25,085 nt of DNA from a virus (Duplodnaviria > Caudoviricetes). The stretch lies in IMG/VR virus record IMGVR_UViG_3300032233_001000, positions 1-25,085 of that record; one strand, given 5' to 3'. This document shows positions 16,503-25,005 of the stretch, piece after piece. How positions within the stretch are numbered: the stretch's first letter is position 1; each line of letters opens with the position of its first letter. The notes under the pieces were generated by a model. It saw only the letters and a list, made by a program, of their open reading frames with translations. It had not been told where the DNA came from and made no database searches. The position numbers and the translations under genes were made by a program.

Positions 16503-16545
16503 TACTGATTATGTTGTTTAAAATTAGCTAAATAAAACTAACCAA

Positions 16546-17334
16546 TCAGAAGCTCAACTCAGATCGTTCAAGTTTGTCGAACACATCTTGCCGGTAGGCA
16601 GGGTCATTTTCATAGCGAGGATCACTCATCGCTCTGACAACTTCTGCTTGGCTACGGAATACATCGGCCTGTGATTTAGCTGGTTTACCTTGTATAGTTG
16701 TACCTTCAAAACCCATAGCATCAGTGTATCGATAATAGAGCGCCTGTAGAGCTAGATTAATTGTATTAATATTACCCGAATCAACTACAGAGTCAAAAGC
16801 TTCAATCTCTTGTGGGGAAAAGTTTTCTGCAGCCCAACCAACAAGCTGCTCGTAAGCTGCTTCTCCACCCACTGCATTCTTAATTTGATTGATTTGTGAA
16901 TCACTCAATTGCTGACTTGGAGCACTTCTCTGTTGAGTTGATTGAAAACGCATGTACGCTTCGACAAGCTCCTGAGAGGACATCTTGCCAAAGGCTTCTA
17001 GAGTCTCGTCAGAGAGCTTACCATTTTTTGCATATTCATCTGAGGCTTCAGTCAGAAGAGCAACAGTGTTATCTTCCTCTTCTTGTGGCTGCTCTTCTTC
17101 AGGCTCTTCCTCTGATTCAGAGCTACTTTCACTTTCTACTTCTCTAGAGCCTAACTTACGTTGAAGTTCAATATAAGCTTTTTCTAACTCTGCAGCGTCT
17201 TTAAACTTCCCGGCAAGAAGGTCTTGCTGCTCTTGTTCAAGACGCTCTCCAATTTCATAACTTTCAGCATCACGAGCCTCATCAGCTTCAAGCATTTGAG
17301 GATCGTTGCTGGGATCATACGTCAGGGTTGCCAT
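16546..17334 (-). CDS. Capsid assembly scaffolding protein (T7 gp9-like)
   Basis: 262 aa, acidic, with LLAGKFKDAAELEKAYIELQRKLG, VGGEAAYEQLVGWA and FRSQAEVVRAMSDPRYENDPAYR. Confidence 0.95.
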   Translation of the reverse strand: MATLTYDPSNDPQMLEADEARDAESYEIGERLEQEQQDLLAGKFKDAAELEKAYIELQRKLGSREVESESSSESEEEPEEEQPQEEEDNTVALLTEASDEYAKNGKLSDETLEAFGKMSSQELVEAYMRFQSTQQRSAPSQQLSDSQINQIKNAVGGEAAYEQLVGWAAENFSPQEIEAFDSVVDSGNINTINLALQALYYRYTDAMGFEGTTIQGKPAKSQADVFRSQAEVVRAMSDPRYENDPAYRQDVFDKLERSELSF

Positions 17335-17560
17335 AAATTGTAGTTGTCGTCAAACCGCCCAGTCCTACTTTTGTAACTCGACCATCAGAGCCTAAGGTGG
17401 GGCGGCCAATACGTGGCTTAGGCGCATATTTGTTGGTGTCGAATGATGTTGGTTTTGCAATTTCAGATTCTTCTAACCCTTCTGGAAGGGATACCTCCGT
17501 GGCCTTAGGCTTCTGGAGCTTGACCTTCTGAGGGCGCGTTGGTTTGAGTTCCGAGGACAT
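17315..17560 (-). CDS. Small Lys/Pro-rich hypothetical protein between portal and scaffold
   Basis: 81 aa, ATG start, contains NKYAPKPRIGRPTLG. Fills the portal-scaffold gap and overlaps both genes. Confidence 0.65.
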   Translation of the reverse strand: MSSELKPTRPQKVKLQKPKATEVSLPEGLEESEIAKPTSFDTNKYAPKPRIGRPTLGSDGRVTKVGLGGLTTTTIYGNPDV

Positions 17561-19112
17561 TTGCTATCTGTTCTATTGCTTGTGGATTTTTAGTTGGGTC
17601 AGCCATTGGAGCACGGGCAAATTGACCAGCCTGTTTTGTAAGTTCAATTTGCTGTTGCTGAGCCATCATTTGCTGAGCTTCAGCCTGCTGATCTTGAACA
17701 GACTTGACAAGATTCAGAACATCGATACCTTGTGCAGCAGCAAGACGTTTGATCGCCTCATCAGGATTGATGAACTTCATCAGTGCTTCAGGTCCGAGGG
17801 TCTGAGCGATTGTTGTGATGAATGCAGTTAAAGATTCTCTATCTTGACCCCGACCAAGTGCATTGATGCCAGCCACAATAGTAGGCCGCACCAAATCTTT
17901 AGGAATAGATGGAATCTGTTTGTTTCGTTGCAACACTAACAGCTTTCGATTCAGATAGGGAATCAAGAACTCAACTGTGAGTAGTGAAAACAATCCACCA
18001 AGTTGCTGCTCTAGTTCAAGCTGTGTAAGCCTTACTTCTTCAGCAGTAGTCCGTTCACTTTGACGGACTGTAAGAACAAGGAAGGCATCGGAAACTCGTC
18101 TCTCTAAATTTGCCACCATTTCAGCAGCAGTTCTAAAGTCTGCCGTTTTACCAACCTGAACAACTTGCACATCATCAGGTCTACCTTGGATGATCGCACC
18201 GTTTCCTGCGTTGGCCAGGGTGGCTGGTTTGGTGGTACTAGAGGGAGAGACAAGGAAGACGACTTTGGCAGCCGCTGCAGAGCCTTCTACGAGGGCCTGA
18301 GAGAGTGCCTCAAGGGCACGAAGATCCCCAATGAACTCCTCTACTCGTCCTCGTCCATAGTCTTCACCATCTACTGTGTTCCATCTAAGTACGAGCCATG
18401 GAGAAGCATCTTTAGGAGCTTTACTTACAGTACCAGGAATTATTTTATCGAACGCCTCTTGGTGCCAAAGCCATCTGTTACCATCACACCTTACATGGGT
18501 ATACACTTCAACGTCATCATTGATAGAGTTCTTTCCTGTATCGCCTGCATGGTTAACCTTCTCATCAGCATTCAAGAATTCATCTGGTAACAGCTTACGG
18601 CAGATCAGTTCTTTTGTGACAATCTCAATAACTGAACCATTGCCATCACGCTCTACAACGTAACGGTTAAGCGGGTAATGCTTGAGGCCATGATCTCCCA
18701 TATGAATGAGAGCGTTACCTCCAACAACAAGGTGTTTGATTGCTTGATGGACAACTACTCGATCGCTTGAAGCAGCAATCGAATCCATCACCATCCTTTC
18801 TAGCTTGGAGAATGATAGATCTAACTCGCTGCGAATCTCTGCAGGCAAATCAGTTCCAAGCTTTTCGTCTCTAATCTGTAATTTAAAAAATGTAGTCTGA
18901 GGTGGCAGCAATGCCAACATCAGTTTAGCTGCCAGGGTTACAACAGCCTTAGCTCCAATACTCTGCCATGGTGATGGGAGAATCTTACTTGAGGACTGTA
19001 GAACGTCTTGATCAATAAGGTACGGAAGGGTGAGCCTTGAGCACTCGACTGCCGTATCTAAGAACTGATTCCTGGTTGAGCTAAGATAGTTGTACCTGTC
19101 CTTAGCTGTCAT
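17505..19112 (-). CDS. Portal / head-tail connector (T7 gp8-like)
   Basis: 535 aa with LTLPYL, PWQSIGAK, LAAKLMLALLPP, GEDYGRGRVEE and ERTTAEEVR motifs. Confidence 0.97.
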   Translation of the reverse strand: MTAKDRYNYLSSTRNQFLDTAVECSRLTLPYLIDQDVLQSSSKILPSPWQSIGAKAVVTLAAKLMLALLPPQTTFFKLQIRDEKLGTDLPAEIRSELDLSFSKLERMVMDSIAASSDRVVVHQAIKHLVVGGNALIHMGDHGLKHYPLNRYVVERDGNGSVIEIVTKELICRKLLPDEFLNADEKVNHAGDTGKNSINDDVEVYTHVRCDGNRWLWHQEAFDKIIPGTVSKAPKDASPWLVLRWNTVDGEDYGRGRVEEFIGDLRALEALSQALVEGSAAAAKVVFLVSPSSTTKPATLANAGNGAIIQGRPDDVQVVQVGKTADFRTAAEMVANLERRVSDAFLVLTVRQSERTTAEEVRLTQLELEQQLGGLFSLLTVEFLIPYLNRKLLVLQRNKQIPSIPKDLVRPTIVAGINALGRGQDRESLTAFITTIAQTLGPEALMKFINPDEAIKRLAAAQGIDVLNLVKSVQDQQAEAQQMMAQQQQIELTKQAGQFARAPMADPTKNPQAIEQIANVLGTQTNAPSEGQAPEA

Positions 19113-19369
19113 CCGATGTTAATACCTGAACTAGGGTTGCGATTCCCTAAATTCAGGGGAATCTTAAGTTGATTTGTTCCTTGGCCAACAGTACCAGCAG
19201 TATCTGCCTTTGATTTTTTAGTCTTAATTCCTATTGACTGATCTGGATTTCCCAATGCTTGAGGAGGTGCAAGTGGTGGCCTTGGTGGTGGTGGAGCTTT
19301 AGGGCTCGGTGGCATCGGTAGTGGTGGTGGAGGAGCTGGTGGTGGTGATGATGATCCGCCTAAACACAT
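19109..19369 (-). CDS. Small Pro-rich virion-associated protein (T7 gp6.7/7.3-like position)
   Basis: 86 aa with an MCLGG start, poly-Pro tract and GTNQLKIPL. Its stop overlaps the portal ATG. Confidence 0.75.
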   Translation of the reverse strand: MCLGGSSSPPPAPPPPLPMPPSPKAPPPPRPPLAPPQALGNPDQSIGIKTKKSKADTAGTVGQGTNQLKIPLNLGNRNPSSGINIG

Positions 19370-19554
19370 TAGTCTTCATCCATGTGATGTTTAATGTACT
19401 CAACTACACTCCTCTGTCCCGCTCGGTACATAATCTGTGCGTGAGTATTTTCAGGGTGAGGATTTAGTGGTGGGAAATCATCCTCTAACCGCTCTAGAAG
19501 AGCAGCCATCTGCATACCCTTAACCTCCAACAGGCTTACTTCTGTATTAGGCAT
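19369..19554 (-). CDS. Conserved small phage protein (gp6.5-like position), about 61 aa
   Basis: LEDDFPPLNPHP...IMYRAGQRSVVEYI. The ATG at 19554 overlaps the end of RNR beta and is preferred over the track start at 19641. Confidence 0.75.
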   Translation of the reverse strand: MPNTEVSLLEVKGMQMAALLERLEDDFPPLNPHPENTHAQIMYRAGQRSVVEYIKHHMDED

Positions 19555-20263
19555 ATTGTGGGAGGTTGGGATTTGCGTGTTCAAAGAAGGCAGGCATCCG
19601 TGCTCTCTTGGTATCAGAAAGTTCAGGAGCCCTCCCTTCATACATCAAGCGATCACTGGCATCCAGCCAAAATTTTTTGTTTAAGTATTTTGATTCTGAT
19701 TTAGAACTCAGTGGTTCCATCACCCACTGGATAGTTGCCTTACGGAGTTTATCAAGAGAAGGAGAGATGCTAAGCCCCAACTCACTACAAACAAGGCTAT
19801 TGGCAGCAACGTGAACCTGTTCATCTCGACTAATATCTGCGCTTACTGTTCGGATACCAGCGTCACCATTAAACCTAAAGAAAGGCAGTAGTACGAAGAA
19901 AATTGCACGCTCGGCCACCAACGCTTTGAGGATCGTGTGATCAGGATGCGCTTCCCAAGCAGCTCTAAGTCTAAAGGACTCCGCTTCAGCTTTAGGATCA
20001 GTGCCAATCGCGTTGGCAATGTAACCGAGAGCCAAGTCGTGGTTCTCTTCGTCCCTGACATTAGACAAGAGCAGATCTGTTGATAATACTGGAACTTCAT
20101 TTTTAAGTGCTTCTTTGATAAACTCGCCAACAGGGAGTTCCATATGTCGAATAGCAAGAGCACGAAAGATAGTCTCTTCCGCACCCTCAACAAGCTTTCC
20201 GGCTGTGGTCTGAACAGGCGACCATTTTCTCTTTCTATTTAGTAATTTCTGATAAGGGTTCAT
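19547..20263 (-). CDS. nrdB: Ribonucleotide reductase beta subunit (ferritin-like, cyanopodovirus type)
   Basis: 238 aa from ATG 20263 (ATGA overlap with alpha). Dimetal ligand motifs HME, DEENH, AER and DEQVH, plus a C-terminal Tyr. Confidence 0.8.
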   Translation of the reverse strand: MNPYQKLLNRKRKWSPVQTTAGKLVEGAEETIFRALAIRHMELPVGEFIKEALKNEVPVLSTDLLLSNVRDEENHDLALGYIANAIGTDPKAEAESFRLRAAWEAHPDHTILKALVAERAIFFVLLPFFRFNGDAGIRTVSADISRDEQVHVAANSLVCSELGLSISPSLDKLRKATIQWVMEPLSSKSESKYLNKKFWLDASDRLMYEGRAPELSDTKRARMPAFFEHANPNLPQYA

Positions 20264-21651
20264 TCGCCGCAATTACACTGTGGAGCAAGATCGTTTAGAA
20301 TAGACTCCAGGTAATCGTTGACTTCTTCTTCATCCAATGCGGCATATGCACTGGATTTATCTTGAACGTCACCCATAACCTGGAGCGAATAATAAAGGGA
20401 GGTTTGAGGAGATTTCAACCACTCTTCAATAAACGCTTCGTCGTAGGTGATCACATCTGACCAACTATTGAAGCTATAACCGTGAAGAAGTCCCGTACGG
20501 TCAAGCATCTTCACGATGCCGTTAGCAACTTTAAAATAATCATCCCAACCAACTTCACTAGCAATTTCTACGGGGCCATAGTCAAAGGACTGGACACCGA
20601 AGGTGCCACTATCTCGGTCTACATAGCGTGCAATGGGTGGAGCGATCTCAGGGCATGTCGTGTACCCATCAATGTCTTTGTAGCGGTAGCTGCAGCTTGC
20701 TGTAGGTGCGATGGCAAAGGCTCTATCCATCTTATTGACCTTGGCAATTTGTGCAGCTTGTTCGATACCAGCCTGTATTTCTAGAGCAAGTTCAGCAGCC
20801 GGAGTTCTGTGAATTGGAGTACGGCTATTAACGACTTCAAGAGCATGACCGAATTCTTTGTAGGTTACTTTGTACCTACGAAGAAGGTTGGCTAGTCCTA
20901 ACATACCTAGTCCCACTTGTCGGTCAACAGTTGGGGACAAGTACTCACCACTTGCATCGACATTAGTTTTTGAATGAAGAGCGCACAACTCAGCCATTCC
21001 AGTAACAAAAGCTCGTTGAATATCATCGAATTCACAGGCACCAAGATTTACATGTTGAAGCAAGCATGTACCACGAGAAGGCAAGTAAACCTCAAGGCAG
21101 ACGTTGCCACGAATTCGCTTACCGTTATTATCTACTTTAGTTTTATTAAGCCAAATATCACCTTTGCGGATGCCATCAAGAAGAGAGTCCTTCACTACTT
21201 GGGATGATTGCTGCCACCAGAATGGATTGATATTTACGCAACGTTTGACCCAAGGAAGATCGCTACGACTTACAGTAATAAAATCAATAATATCTGGATG
21301 ATTGAGGTCCAAATGGCAAACTACAGCTCCATTTTTATAGATGCCTCCACGTCGGAGGATTTCATTAAGTGTGCTGTAGATCTTGGCAAAACTAACGGGG
21401 CCTGATGCAACCAACCCACTATCGTTTTCCTTTCCTTTAGGTCGGAGTTTAGATAGATGGACTGCAACACCCGCTCCAAAGCGAAGAGCATGACTGACAA
21501 ACCGCCAGCTTGCTTCAATTCCATTAGGCCCCTCCATAGAGTCTTCAACGACGAAGACTGTGCAGGAGACTGGGAGTCGAGAGGTTTGATCATCAATCCA
21601 CGATTGTACCCGTCCAGTACGGGCAATAAGATTTTTATGTTCAGATGTCAT
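20260..21651 (-). CDS. nrdA: Ribonucleotide reductase alpha subunit (minimal cyanopodovirus type)
   Basis: 463 aa with PVSC, GNVCLE (NxCxE finger loop), GTCLL, IAPTASCS, SLYY and C-terminal CNCGE. Confidence 0.92.
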   Translation of the reverse strand: MTSEHKNLIARTGRVQSWIDDQTSRLPVSCTVFVVEDSMEGPNGIEASWRFVSHALRFGAGVAVHLSKLRPKGKENDSGLVASGPVSFAKIYSTLNEILRRGGIYKNGAVVCHLDLNHPDIIDFITVSRSDLPWVKRCVNINPFWWQQSSQVVKDSLLDGIRKGDIWLNKTKVDNNGKRIRGNVCLEVYLPSRGTCLLQHVNLGACEFDDIQRAFVTGMAELCALHSKTNVDASGEYLSPTVDRQVGLGMLGLANLLRRYKVTYKEFGHALEVVNSRTPIHRTPAAELALEIQAGIEQAAQIAKVNKMDRAFAIAPTASCSYRYKDIDGYTTCPEIAPPIARYVDRDSGTFGVQSFDYGPVEIASEVGWDDYFKVANGIVKMLDRTGLLHGYSFNSWSDVITYDEAFIEEWLKSPQTSLYYSLQVMGDVQDKSSAYAALDEEEVNDYLESILNDLAPQCNCGE

Positions 21652-22052
21652 ACAAGATCAATAAGTGATGGGGTGAAATAGTTACTACTTTTTAGAATCT
21701 TGCCATCTTCACGTTTTACTGGGTACCCGTAATCATCGAGTTTTGACATATTACTTTCGTGAACCCTAAGAAAAGCTTCCCCTAAGTTCCATCCAAAAGC
21801 TGCTGCCATCTGATGGCATACATAGACAAGATCAGATAACTCCTTAAGTAGGTTCTCTTTGGCTCTCCTATTGGTGATGTTGTAGGAGAGTTGCTGTACG
21901 GCATCTGAAACTTCAGCGGCCTCTTCAGCGATCAAAGTCTGCTGAAGATTCAACGAGGTAGTCGTCAATCCGTCTGATAGGTTGAACGCGGTTCGGAAAT
22001 TTTTTGCTCTCCATGCGTACATGTCGTCCGGATGGCAGGTTATCGATTTCAT
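21648..22052 (-). CDS. MazG-like nucleotide pyrophosphohydrolase
   Basis: 134 aa with LIAEEAAE, LLKELSDLVYV, RVHESNMSKL and REDGKILK. Confidence 0.9.
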   Translation of the reverse strand: MKSITCHPDDMYAWRAKNFRTAFNLSDGLTTTSLNLQQTLIAEEAAEVSDAVQQLSYNITNRRAKENLLKELSDLVYVCHQMAAAFGWNLGEAFLRVHESNMSKLDDYGYPVKREDGKILKSSNYFTPSLIDLV

Positions 22053-22233
22053 TCTGTAGATAGTGGATAGCTTTTTTAAGATCTTTTTCGATAGACTCTT
22101 TGTAACCAGCTCTGCAAATGTACTTAATTGCGTTACCTAGGTGATAGCTTAACCCTTGGTCTCTAATGAAGTCCCAAGGCTCAATACTTCCTCGTTTGTA
22201 GTAGTTTGGACCGTGGGTGGTTGAATTGGCCAT
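21925..22233 (-). CDS. DUF3310 / T7 gp1.7-like protein (putative nucleotide kinase)
   Basis: 102 aa with PNYYKRGSIEPWDFI, GNAIKYICRAGYK and DLKKAIHYL. Confidence 0.88.
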   Translation of the reverse strand: MANSTTHGPNYYKRGSIEPWDFIRDQGLSYHLGNAIKYICRAGYKESIEKDLKKAIHYLQNEIDNLPSGRHVRMESKKFPNRVQPIRRIDDYLVESSADFDR

Positions 22234-22445
22234 TGTTTAATCAAATTGCTTACGTTATTTCCAAGGACAAAACACTGTTGCTGGAGTGCCAGGAAGATAG
22301 TGATAATGTCCTCCTTTTTAGTATTTGGGTTTCTTAGTGCGTCTTCAATTTGACGTAGTTTGAACTGCTGCTCCACTTTGAGTTCCACTACCGGCATCGG
22401 TGGGAACCCAAAACTTTGGGGTTTGATTGGTGAAATCATAATCAT
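22149..22445 (-). CDS. Hypothetical helical protein (start uncertain, may lie downstream)
   Basis: ELKVEQQFKLRQIEDAL...KEDIITIFLALQQQCFVLGN. Fills the gap between the exonuclease and DUF3310 genes. Confidence 0.7.
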   Translation of the reverse strand: MIMISPIKPQSFGFPPMPVVELKVEQQFKLRQIEDALRNPNTKKEDIITIFLALQQQCFVLGNNVSNLIKQWPIQPPTVQTTTNEEVLSLGTSLETKG

Positions 22446-23115
22446 TTACTGTAAGGATTTTGGCTAATCTTGCATTCATTAGAGCTACATCTTCGTCCAG
22501 ATCCTTTTCAGCAAATGCTGAAACTACTGTTTTCCATGAAACCCCATTTTTATCAAGTAAGGCTTCAGCTCTTTTGATTCCAATTCCGGGAATACCGCTG
22601 TAACCATCGGTTTGATCTCCAGACATGGTTTGTATTAGAAACCATTTGTAGCCATCTTCAGGAGATATGATTGTGATAGGGTCAACTAGGTTGTATAGCT
22701 GTCCTGGTATTTGCCTCATATCTTTATCAGGAGATACGATAATGTGCCCACCAGTTTTTGTAGCTTCAATGCCGATGGCGTCATCGGCTTCTAGGCCACT
22801 CATAATTACAACTGGGAATTCTTTTTTGAGCGCCTCGATGACCCTCTTGTATCCACAAGGCTTTTTGCGGTTTCTATGTCCTTTATACGTTGGACAAAGT
22901 AGTTTACGGAAGTTAACGCTATCAGAAAAATACAGAATAGAATCGTCAAGATATCCCAAGTCGTTTGCAATCCTAGTTAAATCTTCAAATACTGCTGAAT
23001 AAGCATCGGAGAACCTGCTGGTAACCAATATAACATCTTCACCAAAGTCAACTTCAGTCTCGCAGGCAGCACAGCACTTATAGACAATGTAATCGGCATC
23101 AATTAACAAGCTCAC
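22345..23115 (-). CDS. 5'-3' exonuclease (T7 gp6-like)
   Basis: 256 aa with LLIDADYIVY, NFRK...YKGHR, LEADDAIG, SPDKDMRQIPG and GDQTDGYSGIPGIG. Confidence 0.95.
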   Translation of the reverse strand: MSLLIDADYIVYKCCAACETEVDFGEDVILVTSRFSDAYSAVFEDLTRIANDLGYLDDSILYFSDSVNFRKLLCPTYKGHRNRKKPCGYKRVIEALKKEFPVVIMSGLEADDAIGIEATKTGGHIIVSPDKDMRQIPGQLYNLVDPITIISPEDGYKWFLIQTMSGDQTDGYSGIPGIGIKRAEALLDKNGVSWKTVVSAFAEKDLDEDVALMNARLAKILTVNDYDFTNQTPKFWVPTDAGSGTQSGAAVQTTSN

Positions 23116-23258
23116 TTACCCTGCCCCCGACGTGGTTTACGTCCATGGTTTGGTAGGGATCTTGTCCCGTTTCCTTGTCTGGTATGTTTAAATTTTGCCC
23201 TCGATTCAAAGTTCTTCAGGGCTAATTGTGTTTTAGATGTACGTTTTGTGGGTGGCAT
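23112..23258 (-). CDS. 48-aa highly basic protein
   Basis: Manual translation MPPTKRTSKTQLALKNFESRAKFKHTRQGNGTRSLPNHGRKPRRGQGK. TAATG overlap with the polymerase stop and GTGA overlap with the exonuclease start. Confidence 0.8.
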   Translation of the reverse strand: MPPTKRTSKTQLALKNFESRAKFKHTRQGNGTRSLPNHGRKPRRGQGK

Positions 23259-24583
23259 TAGTGTACGTCTGCCCAGGTAGATCCGATCTTCCCTTCGGCA
23301 GCAATGGGGACTCGGAGGTTGTAGTACTTACCAGCTTCTTCTGCACAACCCTCAAGCTGTTCCTTGAATTGATTAGCTAGCTCTGGCTCGGTTTCAAATT
23401 GCAGTTCGTCGTGGATGAATGCAAGTTGGTGGGTATTGTTGTAGAACGACTTCGATACATAGTCAGCGACGACCATCCATCGCTTAGCGATTACCCCTGC
23501 CGAGGATTGAAGCAAATAGTTAAGAGCCTTATGTGGGCTCTCTACAGTGATCTTCCGACCATCTATTGCTTTGACATAACCTCGATTAGCTGCCTTACGA
23601 ACGTCGGTAAGTAGGCGATCCAAACCGTCAATGGCAGCAACGTAAGCGGTCCTAATCTCCGCACCTTTCTTCTTAGCTGCTTCAGGTGATAGTTGTGGAT
23701 CGTATGAGATTCCAATCTTCTGATCTCCCGCACCATACAGGAAGGCGTAAGTAACAGTCTTGACAAGCTTTCTAGAGATGCCGATCTTGTCAGCATTTTC
23801 TTGGTGAATGTCTCCGTTGATCAGTACATCCCCGTATCGGCCACCATCGTATTTAGCGAGATAGTGGGCCAGCATCCTAAGTTCGATGCCAGAAAGGTCA
23901 GCACCGACCATGACGTATCCAGGGGTTGCCTTGAATAATTTCCTAAACGACAAGTCGCTAGGTACTTGGGCAAGATTTGGCCTACGGTGTGCACAGCGGT
24001 GAGTGTTAGTCGATACAGAGCAGTGGTGGTATATGCGATCATTCTTGACCATCTTCAGCCAAGCATTGTTGCCTTCAGACAACATGCCGAGATGTTTAGT
24101 TAACTCAAGGCATCTGTAGAACTGAAGTGCTTCCTCAGTTCCTATATCCTTAAGTACTGTTTCATCGATGGATGTCTTACCAGCCTTTGTCTGTTTACTT
24201 GGAACCCAACCATGGATGTTCTCCATGACCCATGCAATGTGGTCACGGCTAGTAGGGCTGAACTCTTTCAACTTGGTGAGGGGTGCTCCAGAGACGTACC
24301 CTGTAGAGCTATTAATTCTCTTCGGAGTAAACTCTCGTCCAGCGACGTAAGGATACCGCTTGCAAAGTAGACTTTTAAGATCATCAAGCTCGGAATAGAG
24401 AGCCTGTGCAAGTTCCCGTGCAGCATGTTCATCAAAGAACCATCCATGTAGTTCCTGCTTGGTGAGGATCGTTGCGACATCTAGCTCTAATTTGATGAAG
24501 TCAGGTATTTGTGGAAATGTTGCCAAAGTTTTTGAGTTACAGTGATGTCCTGAAGCATGTATTCCTGCATTTCTGCTGACCAC
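23258..24583 (-). CDS. DNA polymerase family A, polymerase domain (T7 gp5-like); real coding probably begins near 24515
   Basis: Motif A GADLSGIELR, motif B KTVTYAFLYGAG (T7-type Tyr), motif C IHDELQ, and FSPTSRDHI. Confidence 0.93.
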   Translation of the reverse strand: MVSRNAGIHASGHHCNSKTLATFPQIPDFIKLELDVATILTKQELHGWFFDEHAARELAQALYSELDDLKSLLCKRYPYVAGREFTPKRINSSTGYVSGAPLTKLKEFSPTSRDHIAWVMENIHGWVPSKQTKAGKTSIDETVLKDIGTEEALQFYRCLELTKHLGMLSEGNNAWLKMVKNDRIYHHCSVSTNTHRCAHRRPNLAQVPSDLSFRKLFKATPGYVMVGADLSGIELRMLAHYLAKYDGGRYGDVLINGDIHQENADKIGISRKLVKTVTYAFLYGAGDQKIGISYDPQLSPEAAKKKGAEIRTAYVAAIDGLDRLLTDVRKAANRGYVKAIDGRKITVESPHKALNYLLQSSAGVIAKRWMVVADYVSKSFYNNTHQLAFIHDELQFETEPELANQFKEQLEGCAEEAGKYYNLRVPIAAEGKIGSTWADVH

Positions 24584-25005
24584 TTTTTCCAGTCGGCAGT
24601 CTTTGAAAAGTCTCCCTTGTATTCAAGAAGTCTGTGTCCCCATGCTTCTAGGGAGTGCCTTCCGTATAGCTGCAGTGGCATATTTTTCCACTTACGCTTG
24701 TTGTCTACAGAGAGAATATCAGCGTGATAAATACGACTGAGAACAAGAGTATCCAAAGCAACCCCACGGGGATTGAAGAAAGGATAAATTTGCTTAATAG
24801 CAGGAATATCAAAACCAATGATGTTATGCCCGATAATGTTATCAGCATCTTCAAGTATAGTAACAGCCCTTGAAATAGGTTCCTCGTTACCCTCGTCATT
24901 GAAAACATAGGTTTCATTACAATCAAGATCGTAGATACCAATGCAGTGGATGCTGGTAAAATCATCAAGTAATCCGTCTGTTTCGATGTCAAAAATTAGG
25001 TTCAT
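24487..25005 (-). CDS. DNA polymerase 3'-5' proofreading exonuclease domain (separate reading frame)
   Basis: 172 aa from ATG 25005 with ExoI FDIETDG, ExoII GHNIIGFD, HSLEAWG and ExoIII YMLQD. Ends in TAG at 24487-24489. Confidence 0.9.
   Translation of the reverse strand: MNLIFDIETDGLLDDFTSIHCIGIYDLDCNETYVFNDEGNEEPISRAVTILEDADNIIGHNIIGFDIPAIKQIYPFFNPRGVALDTLVLSRIYHADILSVDNKRKWKNMPLQLYGRHSLEAWGHRLLEYKGDFSKTADWKKWSAEMQEYMLQDITVTQKLWQHFHKYLTSSN

Noticed and set aside
16503-16545. AT-rich intergenic segment with a weak inverted repeat
   Set aside because: The stem is too weak to call a terminator, and I saw no repeated promoter motif.
19262-19350. GGT/GGA tandem-repeat-like tract
   Set aside because: It simply encodes the poly-proline stretch of the 86-aa protein.
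24583-24590. G-AAA-AAG as the polymerase slippery site
   Set aside because: Shifting here would destroy the ExoIII motif (YMLQD) just downstream, so the switch must be after ~24540.
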